Shown here in pieces: positions 1-10,352 of a stretch of 64,000 nt of DNA. The stretch comes from Albugo candida (Eukaryota): contig JBDOQK010000007.1 of assembly GCA_040437565.1 (NCBI GenBank), positions 62,001-126,000 of the forward strand, read 5' to 3'. The notes beneath the pieces are model-generated. The model did no database searches, was not told where the DNA came from, and was given only the letters and a program-made list of their open reading frames with translations. Within the stretch, counting starts at the first letter, position 1; each line of letters begins with the position of its first letter. The position numbers and the translations under genes are program-made.

Positions 1-2652
1 CGCGGACACTCATCACCTGGAATGGATGGATTGCCGGCAGCATTATACCAACTCACTCCGAGCGTTTTTGGTGAATGTTTGCAAATTGTCTTTGACGGAC
101 AACTTGGTTGAGGCTCTTTGCTGCGCTCTCAGCGTAGTTCGGCAATCCCGTTGCTTTACAAAAAAGGATCTCAAACAGAACCTGGCAACTATCGTCCTAT
201 CGCATTGATATGCGTGGATGTAAAAGTGCTGTCGAAAGTACTTGCCTATCGACTCCAGAAAGTGCTTCCGAAACTAATACACGAAGATCAAAAAGCATTT
301 CTGAGAGGCAGATCCATCCACCATCACATTTGGTACACTAGTGATCTACAGGATTTGATCACTCATCGTGGTGAATTTTGAGGAAGCGTACAATCGAGTG
401 GACTGGTCGTACATGTTTGCAGTGCTTTCGAAAATGAATTATGAAAATTCGGTTATTAAGTGGATAAAGGTTCTATACACCAACACGACTGTTTCGTTGT
501 TGTTGAATGCAACGCTTTCACCGAGGATCCATCTCGGGGAGTGAAACAAAGTGATCCACTCTCTTCGCATTGCTCTTTCTAACAAATCGAGCCGCTGGGT
601 AATTTATTGCGGAGGACCGAGGCCCTGGTATTTTTATCACTCTAGTGGATACATCAACCAGTTTATTCTTTGCGGACGACTCGACTTTGTTATCGTCTTC
701 GCTCGGTGGAGTGGGAGCGCAGCTTGATATCGTTCAACATTATTGTGATGGTTCAGGAGCAAAGTTAAATCTGTCCAAGTCGACTTTACTTTCTCTTAAT
801 CGTCGTCAAGTATGTCAGCCGTTCGCTTTGGTGAAAGTTCTATCACGTTGCGAGTCGGGCAAGTATCTAGGAGCTCCTTTCAGTCAATCACTAGTGGGTG
901 ATTTGATGATTGAATTCCTAGAAGATCGTTGCTATGGTGGTTTTCGTCAGTGGTTCGTCTTGCAAGAACGCTACGTGGACGTTTACTGGTGGCGCATACT
1001 ATGTTTTTCTCAAGATTATGGCATTTTACGGCACATTTTCATATCCCGCAGCATTTACCGCGACGCTGGCAATCGATGTTGAATCGATTTGGGTCTAGTC
1101 GAAATTACGAGCGGGATGCAACTCACATGCAACTATTTCGATCGGAACTTTATATCTCACTTATTCACAAGGTGCTTTACAGGTTCCGATGATCGATATT
1201 CATTTAAAGAAGCAACGAATACAATTCCTCCAACAATTTGCGCTCCATTCAAGTACGGCTGTTCCGAGCAACTGGACACTGACTGGAATGGAGATGGTGG
1301 AGACCATCTTACCCAACTTTGGACCGTTCAAAACGCTTGATATCTTAACGATATCACCTCGTAGGCATTCTACCATGGTTCGTTGGAATGTAGCGTCATC
1401 ATGGTGGAAGTAGACGTGCGTTTGGTGGAGTCAAAGTAAATGGGAGCTCACACCGACGACTTTGTCTTCGCAGGAGCAATACATAGTTATGTTAAATGCT
1501 CCTGTGGGTTTTTATATGGATAATCATCTTCACTTTGAGTAGCGAAAACGTTCTACTAGTGCTGTTGCTCATCCTCGATGTATGGGAATGTTTCCAGAAC
1601 CTGCGCGTACTTTTCGAATGTAGTTCGCTCAAGCGTTTCGTATCCGTTCTCTGCATGACTTGTTAGGTGGAAGATTAAGTTGGTTCGATTCGTTTTCAGA
1701 GTTTGTCTTGCGTTTCAGTACGAACTCAGATGGCACTCCAGCTGAAGTTTCCACGACCAAGCTTGTGCGACGATTATACGTCGAAGCTAATCAAATTCTT
1801 CGTCGACTTCAACCAGAGGTTGTGTTGTTGTGTCCTGAGCATTCACTGAACGGAGCTCATCCGTTTCATCTTGGCATCCAAGTTTCGGATAAGAAAGTTT
1901 TGTTTTCAAATATTCCTCGGAATCAACTCTTTCGAGTTATTAGTATAGCAGAACCACCGGATAAGCCGCACCCAATGTTGCTGCACTTACCGGAGAGGGA
2001 CCGGACATCTGCTTCGACTTGGGTAAAGGATTTCTCAAAGGGTTTTCAACGTCTTCGTGGACGTTTATTACCAATCTAATCGGACATTCAGATCCGACTT
2101 ACATATTCAATTCTACCAGTGCGGCCCCGGGTCTGGTTTATGAAGCAAGCTCATCCGTAAATCATCTTGTGCACACAGGAGCATTGTGGTGAGGTGGAAA
2201 GTTATCAGCATCTGTTTTTCGACTATAATGGGACATACACGATTTGGGAAGAGCTATTTCCATCGTGGATAGCTTTCTTTTCAGCTCGACCTAAGTGGTC
2301 GCACATTGCGTGTCTACGACTTCCTCTCCTCCGTGAAACGTGGAAGCCATTCAGGGTGTTGTTGGAGGATCTTTGATTTGCATTGGTTGCCATTGCGATC
2401 CACTTTATCTGGACGGATCGCAATCGACGACTATTCGATCAAGCATCTTCAACACCAACAGGACCAGCTATATCGGTGATCTGTAGCAGATTCAGTGCCC
2501 ATATTCGGTTTTACCAACGGCAGTGCTATGATCCCGCACAGCTTGATCAGCTTCAGACGGTTTTGCTCGGCCTATTGCAATCGGGTTCATCTAAACGATA
2601 TTTCTCCAGTAGATCAACTCTTTTCAAGATACGAAGGCGCGAGCGCTTATAA
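1..2652 (+). mobile_element. Degraded non-LTR (LINE, L1/Tx1-like) retrotransposon: reverse transcriptase plus C-terminal zinc-binding region
   Basis: Fragmented ORFs carry RT motifs LLYKKG..NYRPIAL..VDVKVLSKVLA.RL (118-381), GVKQSDPLS (~538) and LFFADDSTL (645-1082). A C-terminal C..C..ES..HLFF and HFIWTDRNRRLFD follow (2167-2652). Many stops and frameshifts. Confidence 0.9.
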
Positions 2653-3061
2653 GTCTGGTCTGAGTGGTCTAGTCTACTCACCGGTCCTTGCTTGCGACAC
2701 GTTCACTTTTGTGTGACTTTGCAAGTCCCATCTGCATGTATTTTATGTTATTTATTAGATTCTAGGCATTTAGAGAAGTCATTTTCATCTAATTCCAGTA
2801 ATATAGACAACTTCAACACTGAGTGGTAGTAGTTGTTACAAGTGAGTATATATTGATTCTGTCTGATGTCAATTTGTGTGAATGTTAGCCAATGAAATAG
2901 GAGGGTGACTGAATACTATCAAGAGGGTGAGTGAATGCTAAAGGCTCCCTATAAAATGCAAGATAGCCTAAGCATTCAAACAAGTCAGTTTGTCTAATTC
3001 CACCAATGTAGACACCGGTGAATATCGTAACGACTGCCAGTTTTATCATAATTTTATAACG

Positions 3062-4405
3062 ATGATTAAGAAACTTTTCGGTGAGCCAAAATGGAAGAAA
3101 ATAGCTATTGATCAATTGGAAACAACTTCAGACTCATACAATCAATTCTCAAAGCGGAATCGCATTCTACTTTCTTCCTATTGCAGGAACAAGAGAGATG
3201 GCTCGGATTTACCGAACGAACTTACATTTGTCATAGGGAATGAAGCGGCCGATGCGGATTCAGTGATAAGCTCTCTGCTGTACGCCTTCTACAAGTCAAA
3301 AGCAGCACAGAACGAAAAGACTTACATTCCCGTGGTATCAATTCCACGCGAGCAGCTCGAATTGCGCTGTGAGATTGTTTCGTTGCTACAAGCTTTACGG
3401 ATCGATCTACAGGACGTACACTTTGTTGACGAAATCGATTGGAAAGAATTGATCCAAAAGCATAAGACAGCACTGAGCTGGATTCTAGTGGATCATAATC
3501 ATTTGACCAACAAGCACATCTATCAAGCGGTCGAATCATCGAGTCACTTTGATATAGATTCCCTTGATGTGAAAGAAATCATCGACCATCACCAAGATCA
3601 GAATAAATACCTTCAAGCTTCTTATCGCAATGTTGCATTTCAAGACAGCCGTGCGCTGGTCGGTTCTTGCTGCACACTTGTGGCTGAGCAACTGAGGTCC
3701 ACGAGATATATCCCTGATCAGGCAACAAAGTCTGAGGCTGGCTTGCTTTCTACGTTGCTGCTATCGGTCATATCACTCGACACGATAAACTTTGACTCAT
3801 CAGCTAAGAAAGCAACAAGCAGAGATGTCGCAATGGCAAAATGGCTTGATTCATATTCCTATGCTAGTACAGACTGTCTTTACGAATGGCTTGCTGCTCA
3901 GAAATCTAATGAAGAACACTGGAAGAAGTTTTCTTTCCGAAACTGTCTCGATTATGATTATAAGGAGTTTGCTATCAATGAATGGAGTGGACATCGCTTT
4001 GGCATAAGTTCCGTCTTGATCAGTTTGGAGAAAGTCGCTGCAAAGTGTGGAACGAAAGATGCGTTTTTAAATGAACTGAACGAATTCTGCTGCAAGAATT
4101 CTATCAAATTTCTCATCATTATGACAATAGAGCGTGACAACGAAACACAAGCTGTAAAGCGAGAGGTTTTATTCTATGAGGACGGACCCACAGATTATAC
4201 CAAGCAATGTCTCAACTATTTAGTCATCGACAAGAGCAATGACTTGAGATTACTACCTCTTCCAGATTTTGAATATCAAGATACTGATCACATCCGTGTT
4301 TTTCGTCAATGCAACGTTGCGGCATCGCGTAAACAATTGGTTCCCCTGCTAAAGGAAGCATTGAATTCTACTTTTGATGGCAGTCAAAGCAAAACGGAAG
4401 CCTAA
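3062..4405 (+). CDS. Exopolyphosphatase of the DHH family (PPX1/PRUNE-like)
   Basis: Motifs GNEAADADS, LVDHN, IIDHH, GSCCTLV, LDTINF, DYKEF and C-terminal ASRKQLVP. The first in-frame ATG is at 3062; the ORF-track start at 2990 is TTG. Confidence 0.88.
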   Translation: MIKKLFGEPKWKKIAIDQLETTSDSYNQFSKRNRILLSSYCRNKRDGSDLPNELTFVIGNEAADADSVISSLLYAFYKSKAAQNEKTYIPVVSIPREQLELRCEIVSLLQALRIDLQDVHFVDEIDWKELIQKHKTALSWILVDHNHLTNKHIYQAVESSSHFDIDSLDVKEIIDHHQDQNKYLQASYRNVAFQDSRALVGSCCTLVAEQLRSTRYIPDQATKSEAGLLSTLLLSVISLDTINFDSSAKKATSRDVAMAKWLDSYSYASTDCLYEWLAAQKSNEEHWKKFSFRNCLDYDYKEFAINEWSGHRFGISSVLISLEKVAAKCGTKDAFLNELNEFCCKNSIKFLIIMTIERDNETQAVKREVLFYEDGPTDYTKQCLNYLVIDKSNDLRLLPLPDFEYQDTDHIRVFRQCNVAASRKQLVPLLKEALNSTFDGSQSKTEA

Positions 4406-5003
4406 TCGAATTAGTGTGCGAATTTTTTGTATCGTTTTATGCCACATTCATACCTCCCCCAGATGTGTAGTTCCTTACTTTGTCTGCTTTCCTATCCACA
4501 CAACCAATTGAACGGAGTTTTGTATATTTGGCTGCTTGTCGGCACGGACAGCTTACAAATTGGCCGAGTTTTGTTTTGTTTCACGAAATGCGACCATCAT
4601 GTCTTCTCACAAAATAGATATGAAATGATTTGTCGTGTGCGACAAAATGGGCGTTAAATCCATGTTTTTCGAACAAATGTGAAGCAGGTCTATGCGTTTT
4701 GGTATCCTGGATAACAAGCAATCTCGATGGAATATCCGGAAAGATTGTCGACTAATATTCGTATAGAGCCATGAGCAGCTATTGCTTTGGCAGTGATACA
4801 GACGATATAGGACATATCCAGTCGTGCTTTTGGCTGAGTAACTCTTCATGGATGCATTTAGCTTGCCATGGGAGTGATATATTTTTCATATTACTGTGGC
4901 TTGTGAGTTCGAATCGTAAAAGAATTCCATTTTACTATCTGAGAAAAAGCCTCACTTTATGACTTGAACAGGAGTCCAATTGAGTGCAAGTTATATGTAA
5001 GAT

Positions 5004-5777
5004 TCAGATACTGATCTGATGGCGTTTGAAAAAACCCTTTTGCCATGTCCATGTCGCTTGAAATGTACCTTTGGGAATATTGTATTGTTCGGCAATTTCC
5101 ATTGCTTTTGAGCGCAACATTTGCTTTGATAATTGTGAATTATGTTTTTGCTCGTTTTTCATCCATTTGGCTAATGCTCTTTCTGCAGCATCAGGGAGCG
5201 TGGTCGCAGTTCCTTGATTTCGTCGTCGCGTTTGATGCGATGTCGTTTTCTTAAAACACATTTCCTCAATTAGAGCCCGAGATTTGACCCATTTGTATAT
5301 TTGACGCTTTCTTGATGCGATAGCCATTGGGTCTAAATGCGCGTAAAACTTTTGTACTGTTGTATTAATGTCTTTCGCATGTGAGTCGAAATAATCGATC
5401 ACTTCTAATTTGTGCTGAAATGTCACTGAAGTCCTCATCGAGCGATTGGCAACTCGTCCAACGCCTCTTCCTCGACGTCTTCCACGTCCATTGGATGAGA
5501 CTGAGAACGACAAAGAAGAAGTATAACCATTTCCATCCTCTTCTGTCCCTAAATGCACTATATCGGATGATAAATGATCTGAACTTGGCTCAGTAAGATC
5601 AAAAGATGCTTGAGAACTCTCCATGCAGAATCCTGCGTCGGTGCCGTTTTGTAGAGGTATATTCGATGCAGTATCAATTCCTTCTTTGACCATACGTTCG
5701 ACAGGAGAAGAGCATTGTGAATTAGCTTTCTCGATCGTTGATGTTCGCCTTGTGGTCGCAACTTTTGTCAAAGACAT
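5004..5777 (-). CDS. CENP-B/pogo-type tandem HTH DNA-binding protein without a DDE domain
   Basis: First HTH-like segment SVTFQHKLEVIDYF...KRQIYKWVK. Second, CENP-B-type HTH: ERALAKWM...LSKQMLRSKAMEIA...FQATWTWQKGFFKRH, with the stop a few codons later. The 5' end is close to a gap and may be incomplete. Confidence 0.7.
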   Translation of the reverse strand: MSLTKVATTRRTSTIEKANSQCSSPVERMVKEGIDTASNIPLQNGTDAGFCMESSQASFDLTEPSSDHLSSDIVHLGTEEDGNGYTSSLSFSVSSNGRGRRRGRGVGRVANRSMRTSVTFQHKLEVIDYFDSHAKDINTTVQKFYAHLDPMAIASRKRQIYKWVKSRALIEEMCFKKTTSHQTRRRNQGTATTLPDAAERALAKWMKNEQKHNSQLSKQMLRSKAMEIAEQYNIPKGTFQATWTWQKGFFKRHQISI

Positions 5778-5978
5778 GGAAACATTTCGACTCATTTTCG
5801 TAGNNNNNNNNNNNNNNNNNNNNNNNNNNNNNNNNNNNNNNNNNNNNNNNNNNNNNNNNNNNNNNNNNNNNNNNNNNNNNNNNNNNNNNNNNNNNNNNNN
5901 NNNGCGAAAAGCTTACACGAATTTACTCTTCTAACCTGTTTCATTTTATTAAATTGCATTTCTACTACCATCTACCTA

Positions 5979-8900
5979 ATGCCAAGCAAAAGTTCTTCCC
6001 ACAAGAAAGATGAGCGAATACATCATCACAAAAGCCAAAATCGGTACAGAGATACATCGATACATCGTTATTCCACTTCTACTCGCTCATCATCTACCTC
6101 AGATCGGAGAAAAAGCCATTCTCATCGCAGGCAGTCAATTCCTCACGAATCTCGGGAAACGTCTCCTTCACGCTCCAGCCATCGATCCCGAACGCCTATA
6201 GGGAGAAATAGGGAATCCGATACGCCAAAAACATGGAAAGCCAGCTCTGAAAGATTGATCGTTTTGGATAAAAATGATTGGGATGTCCCCGAGAAGCTCC
6301 ATACTGTGTTTAGTGACAGAAAATCAATCAATTCGAGCTCAACTTCGACCACAGAGAACGAGAGGCGACTTTATTCTAAAACCAAGTCAAAATCGAGTAC
6401 AAGGCAATCAAATTCGAGAAGCTCCTCAAAATGCAGTGCGAATGGGCGTGATAACGATAAAAGCGACTGTATCCTAAGAGATCATCGGACTTTGCCAGGA
6501 CCGAAAAAAGTTTACGCTGATGAGGAAGAAGAACGTATTGATCGCGAATTCTATCTACAGGATGAACAAGGAGGGTATCACGAAGCTGAAGAAAGTCGAG
6601 TATTTATGGGTAGTCATGAAAAGTTTCGGGCAATGGAAGAAAAGATTGCAAAAACACGTGCACGAGGTGAAACAAAGCTCAAAGGAATGTCTGCCCGTGC
6701 ATCTGCCTTAAATGCCGATCAAGAAGCTTGGGAAACGAATCGACTATTGACAAGTGGAGTGGTCGCCACCAAGAAAGTGGACACGGAATTTGATGACGAG
6801 GTCGATGCGCGTGTCCAAGTGATGGTTCATAATACTAAACCACCATTTCTCGACGGTCGGGTAGTATTCACAACACAGGTGGAAATGGTTTCAACTGTGA
6901 AAGATCCCACATCCGACATGGCGGTCTGTGCACGCAAAGGAAGTGAACTTGTACGAGATGTACGCGAGAAACGAGATCAGGCAAAAATGCGAAAGCGTTT
7001 TTGGGAGATTGGTGGCTCACGTATGGGAGACGTCATTGGTGTGAAGCAAGCTTCAGATGGGCAAGATACAAGCAATGAGAGTTCAGCAGGCAATGCTGAT
7101 GCAGAGAACGATAATCCAGTTGACGAGAAGGACCATGTTTCTTACAAAGCTGAATCTCAATTTTCAACACATTTGAAGAAACAGAAAGCTGTCAGTGAAT
7201 TCGCAAAATCTCGAACACTCAAAGAGCAGCGTCAGTATTTGCCTATCTACCAGTGCCGGGAAGAATTAATGCAAGTCGTTCGCGAAAATCAGATTGTTGT
7301 TATTGTTGGCGAGACGGGATCCGGCAAAACGACACAATTGACTCAATATTTGTACGAAGAAGGATATGCAAAGTATGGAATGATTGGTTGCACGCAGCCC
7401 AGACGTGTGGCAGCGATGTCTGTTGCCCAGAGAGTAAGTGAAGAAATGGATGTGAAATTGGGTGAGGAGGTCGGCTACGCAATACGTTTTGAAGATCTCA
7501 CATCAGATAAAACAATCATCAAGTATATGACTGAGGGTGTCTTATTGCGTGAATCACTTCGAGAGGCTGATCTCGACACATACGCAGCAGTGATTATGGA
7601 CGAAGCCCACGAACGTGCTTTGAATACTGACGTGTTATTTGGAATATTGCGCAAAGTTGTTCAAAGACGAACTGATTTCCGTCTCATTGTTACGTCAGCG
7701 ACATTGGATGCTGATAAATTTGCAAGTTTTTTTGGAAGTGTTCCAATGTATACTATCCCGGGCCGAACCTTCCATGTGGACACGTTTTATGCAAAATCGC
7801 CATGTGAGGATTACGTGGATTCGACTGTGAAACAGGTGATCCAGATCCATCTATCTCATCCGCCAGGTGATATATTGGTGTTTATGACCGGACAAGAAGA
7901 TATTGAGGCAGTTTGCTACATTTTGGCTGAGAGAATGGCAAAAGTAGATGGTGCGCCATCACTAATGGTGCTTCCAATGTATTCTCAGCTACCAGCAGAC
8001 TTGCAAGCAAAAATCTTTGACGCTTTAGATGTTCGAAAATGTATTGTCTCAACCAATATTGCAGAAACATCGCTAACAGTGGATGGCATTCGATACGTGA
8101 TTGACTCGGGATATTGTAAAGTCAAGGTATACAATCCGCGCATTGGAATGGACGCGCTTCAAATCAGTCCTATCAGCCAACAAAACGCAAACCAACGAGC
8201 TGGAAGAGCCGGACGCACTGGTCCTGGTGTGTGTTATCGTCTCTACACCGAGCGACAATTTTGCAATGAAATGCTCGAAGCTCAAATTCCAGAAATTCAG
8301 CGTACAAACTTGGGTTATGTAGTGTTGTTACTCAAATCGTTGGGCGTAAGAGATTTGCTGGAATTCGACTTTATGGATCCTCCACCACAAGATAATATAA
8401 CCAATTCCATGTATCAACTTTGGGTACTTGGAGCATTAGATAACACAGGTGAACTCACAGACATCGGGAAGAAAATGGTTGTTTTCCCTTTAGATCCTCC
8501 TTTGGCAAAAATGCTTCTATTCAGTGAGAAATTGGGGTGTTCCGCTGAAGTACTGATTGTCGTATCCATGCTATCCGTACCAAATGTGTTTTTCCGGCCA
8601 AAAGACCGCGAGAGTGAAAGTGATGCTTGTCGTGAAAAGTTTTTCGTTCCAGAAAGCGATCATTTGACTTTACTGAACGTATATCATCAGTGGAAAGCCA
8701 ATTCGTACTCAAATCAATGGTGCACCGATCATTTTATTCACGCTAAAGGACTTCGTCGAGCGCGTGAAGTTCGCGAGCAATTGCAAGATATAATGAAGCA
8801 ACAAAGAGTGGAGCTTATCTCTTCCGACGGACGCTGGGATGTGGTTCGGAAAGCGATCTGCTCCGCTTATTTTTATAATTCCGCGCAGATGAAAGGTATC

Positions 8901-9317
8901 GGAGAGTATGTCAACATGCTGACCGGAATGCCATGCAACCTTCATCCAAGCGCTGCTTTATTCGGTCTTGGGTACACGCCAGACTTTGTGGTGTATCATG
9001 AACTGATCTATACTTCCAAAGAGTACATGCAATGCACGACAGCGGTAGAGGGAGAGTGGCTCGCTGAACTTGGACCAATGTTTTTCAGTGTCAAGGAATC
9101 GTACAAATCGAGACTATTGAAAAGAATGAAAGAGCTTGAAACATCGCAACAGATGGAAACAGAAATGAATATGAAAGTGATTGAGAGTGAGATTGAGAAT
9201 GAACAGATTGAAAAAGATCACGAGGCTGACAACACAAAGCAAAAGGCAGCTGCAAAGAAGAACAGTTGTAGCGATATTTTTAAAAAGGCAAACAAACGGA
9301 GGCGATTTGGATTTTAA
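5979..9317 (+). CDS. PRP16: Pre-mRNA splicing DEAH-box RNA helicase PRP16/DHX38
   Basis: [22 protein letters not shown] and QRAGRAGR motifs. The N-terminal block [11 protein letters not shown]...[12 protein letters not shown]...[17 protein letters not shown] is characteristic of PRP16. Intronless, 1112 aa. Confidence 0.95.
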   Translation: MPSKSSSHKKDERIHHHKSQNRYRDTSIHRYSTSTRSSSTSDRRKSHSHRRQSIPHESRETSPSRSSHRSRTPIGRNRESDTPKTWKASSERLIVLDKNDWDVPEKLHTVFSDRKSINSSSTSTTENERRLYSKTKSKSSTRQSNSRSSSKCSANGRDNDKSDCILRDHRTLPGPKKVYADEEEERIDREFYLQDEQGGYHEAEESRVFMGSHEKFRAMEEKIAKTRARGETKLKGMSARASALNADQEAWETNRLLTSGVVATKKVDTEFDDEVDARVQVMVHNTKPPFLDGRVVFTTQVEMVSTVKDPTSDMAVCARKGSELVRDVREKRDQAKMRKRFWEIGGSRMGDVIGVKQASDGQDTSNESSAGNADAENDNPVDEKDHVSYKAESQFSTHLKKQKAVSEFAKSRTLKEQRQYLPIYQCREELMQVVRENQIVVIVGETGSGKTTQLTQYLYEEGYAKYGMIGCTQPRRVAAMSVAQRVSEEMDVKLGEEVGYAIRFEDLTSDKTIIKYMTEGVLLRESLREADLDTYAAVIMDEAHERALNTDVLFGILRKVVQRRTDFRLIVTSATLDADKFASFFGSVPMYTIPGRTFHVDTFYAKSPCEDYVDSTVKQVIQIHLSHPPGDILVFMTGQEDIEAVCYILAERMAKVDGAPSLMVLPMYSQLPADLQAKIFDALDVRKCIVSTNIAETSLTVDGIRYVIDSGYCKVKVYNPRIGMDALQISPISQQNANQRAGRAGRTGPGVCYRLYTERQFCNEMLEAQIPEIQRTNLGYVVLLLKSLGVRDLLEFDFMDPPPQDNITNSMYQLWVLGALDNTGELTDIGKKMVVFPLDPPLAKMLLFSEKLGCSAEVLIVVSMLSVPNVFFRPKDRESESDACREKFFVPESDHLTLLNVYHQWKANSYSNQWCTDHFIHAKGLRRAREVREQLQDIMKQQRVELISSDGRWDVVRKAICSAYFYNSAQMKGIGEYVNMLTGMPCNLHPSAALFGLGYTPDFVVYHELIYTSKEYMQCTTAVEGEWLAELGPMFFSVKESYKSRLLKRMKELETSQQMETEMNMKVIESEIENEQIEKDHEADNTKQKAAAKKNSCSDIFKKANKRRRFGF

Positions 9318-9375
9318 CCAATACAAAGTCTTTCTTTTTTGAAGGTTCAAGTTTAAGGAATTCTCGAATTAGAAC

Positions 9376-9389
9376 ACATTTTGCAATCT
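9376..9389 (+). promoter_or_regulatory. Possible oomycete initiator/FPR core-promoter element
   Basis: ACATTTTGCAATCT ends 25 nt upstream of the ATG at 9415 and resembles the oomycete INR+FPR consensus. Short motif, weak evidence. Confidence 0.3.
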
Positions 9390-9414
9390 CTACACTCTGA
9401 TCGATCGAACAGTT

Positions 9415-9678
9415 ATGCCATTGAGTCGAGAACTTGCCAACAAGAGAAGCGACCACAAAGATCGCCATTCGCGTGGACCAAAGGGGTCCGGGGTGGAAGC
9501 CAAAAAAGGTGTGAAAGCTCATTGTTTTGAGTGTGACGACAATAACTTATATCTCATCGTTTATTTCACAGGAGGTGCGGGGGCACATAATTGGGGAGCT
9601 GTGACAGATGAAGAGGATGCATTGAAAGCGGTTGATTGCAATGATCCAAATTACGATAGCTCTCAGGATAGTAAATGA
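9415..9678 (+). CDS. 66-aa microprotein with a PDCD4 N-terminal / HABP4-SERBP1-like motif (2 exons: 9415-9508, 9572-9678)
   Basis: Removing a 63-nt GT..CAG intron (9509-9571) gives MPLSRELANKRSDHKDRHSRGPKGSGVEAKKGGAGAHNWGAVTDEEDALKAVDCNDPNYDSSQDSK. This restores the DRHS..KKGGAG..NWG..DPNYD motif. Confidence 0.75.
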   Translation: MPLSRELANKRSDHKDRHSRGPKGSGVEAKKGVKAHCFECDDNNLYLIVYFTGGAGAHNWGAVTDEEDALKAVDCNDPNYDSSQDSK

Positions 9679-9761
9679 TTTGTCTATTCATATCACAGTA
9701 CGTCGAATTCGAGAATGCTTTATAAAATACATAGTGAGCAGCGAGTAACAATTGTGTAGAC

Positions 9762-10352
9762 TCAATCTGAATTGAGAACTTGCTGGAAAAGTTTTGTGAA
9801 GGCGCTGTTGATATTCACTCCAGTACACGCTGACGTTTCAAAGTACTCCCATCCTTTACTCCTTGCGAACACTTTTCCTTCATCTTCAGTTACAACGCGA
9901 TGCATTTTATCAATTTTATTCCCACACACAATGCACGAGTACCGTTCAATGCCAAACTTGACAGCTTCTTCGATCCAGTGGTTTAATGCTTCAAAGCTAG
10001 GACGCGACGTCACATCGTAAACGAGAAGTGCACCCTGTGCGTCTTTGTAAAACTCGTTTCGCACATGTAAGAATTCATCCTGCCCTGAAAAATCCCAAAA
10101 ATTTACTCGGACTTCCCGATCACTGATAATGAGAGATTTGACTCCATAATCGATGCCGATAGTTGATATATATTTACTTACGAATTTCTCCTCACAAAAT
10201 CGTTTGATCATGCAGCTTTTCCCCGCACCCAGATTGCCCATTGATATAATTTTAAGCCTTTGTGGTTGCAAGTACTCCCTTTCTAGTGCAGGTGATGTCC
10301 CACGGATAGGTGCAGCCAAGGCTGATATCGGTACGATATGCTCCTTCGACAT
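9762..10352 (-). CDS. RJL-family Ras-like small GTPase (Rjl type: no J domain, no prenylation motif)
   Basis: KIISMGNLGAGKSCMIKRFCEEKFVSKYISTIGIDYGVK, VNFWDFSGQDEF..VRNEFYKD, GNKID and ETSA. The KIISMG and VRNEFYKD signatures are typical of RJL/DNAJC27. No C-terminal Cys. Confidence 0.85.
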   Translation of the reverse strand: MSKEHIVPISALAAPIRGTSPALEREYLQPQRLKIISMGNLGAGKSCMIKRFCEEKFVSKYISTIGIDYGVKSLIISDREVRVNFWDFSGQDEFLHVRNEFYKDAQGALLVYDVTSRPSFEALNHWIEEAVKFGIERYSCIVCGNKIDKMHRVVTEDEGKVFARSKGWEYFETSACTGVNINSAFTKLFQQVLNSD

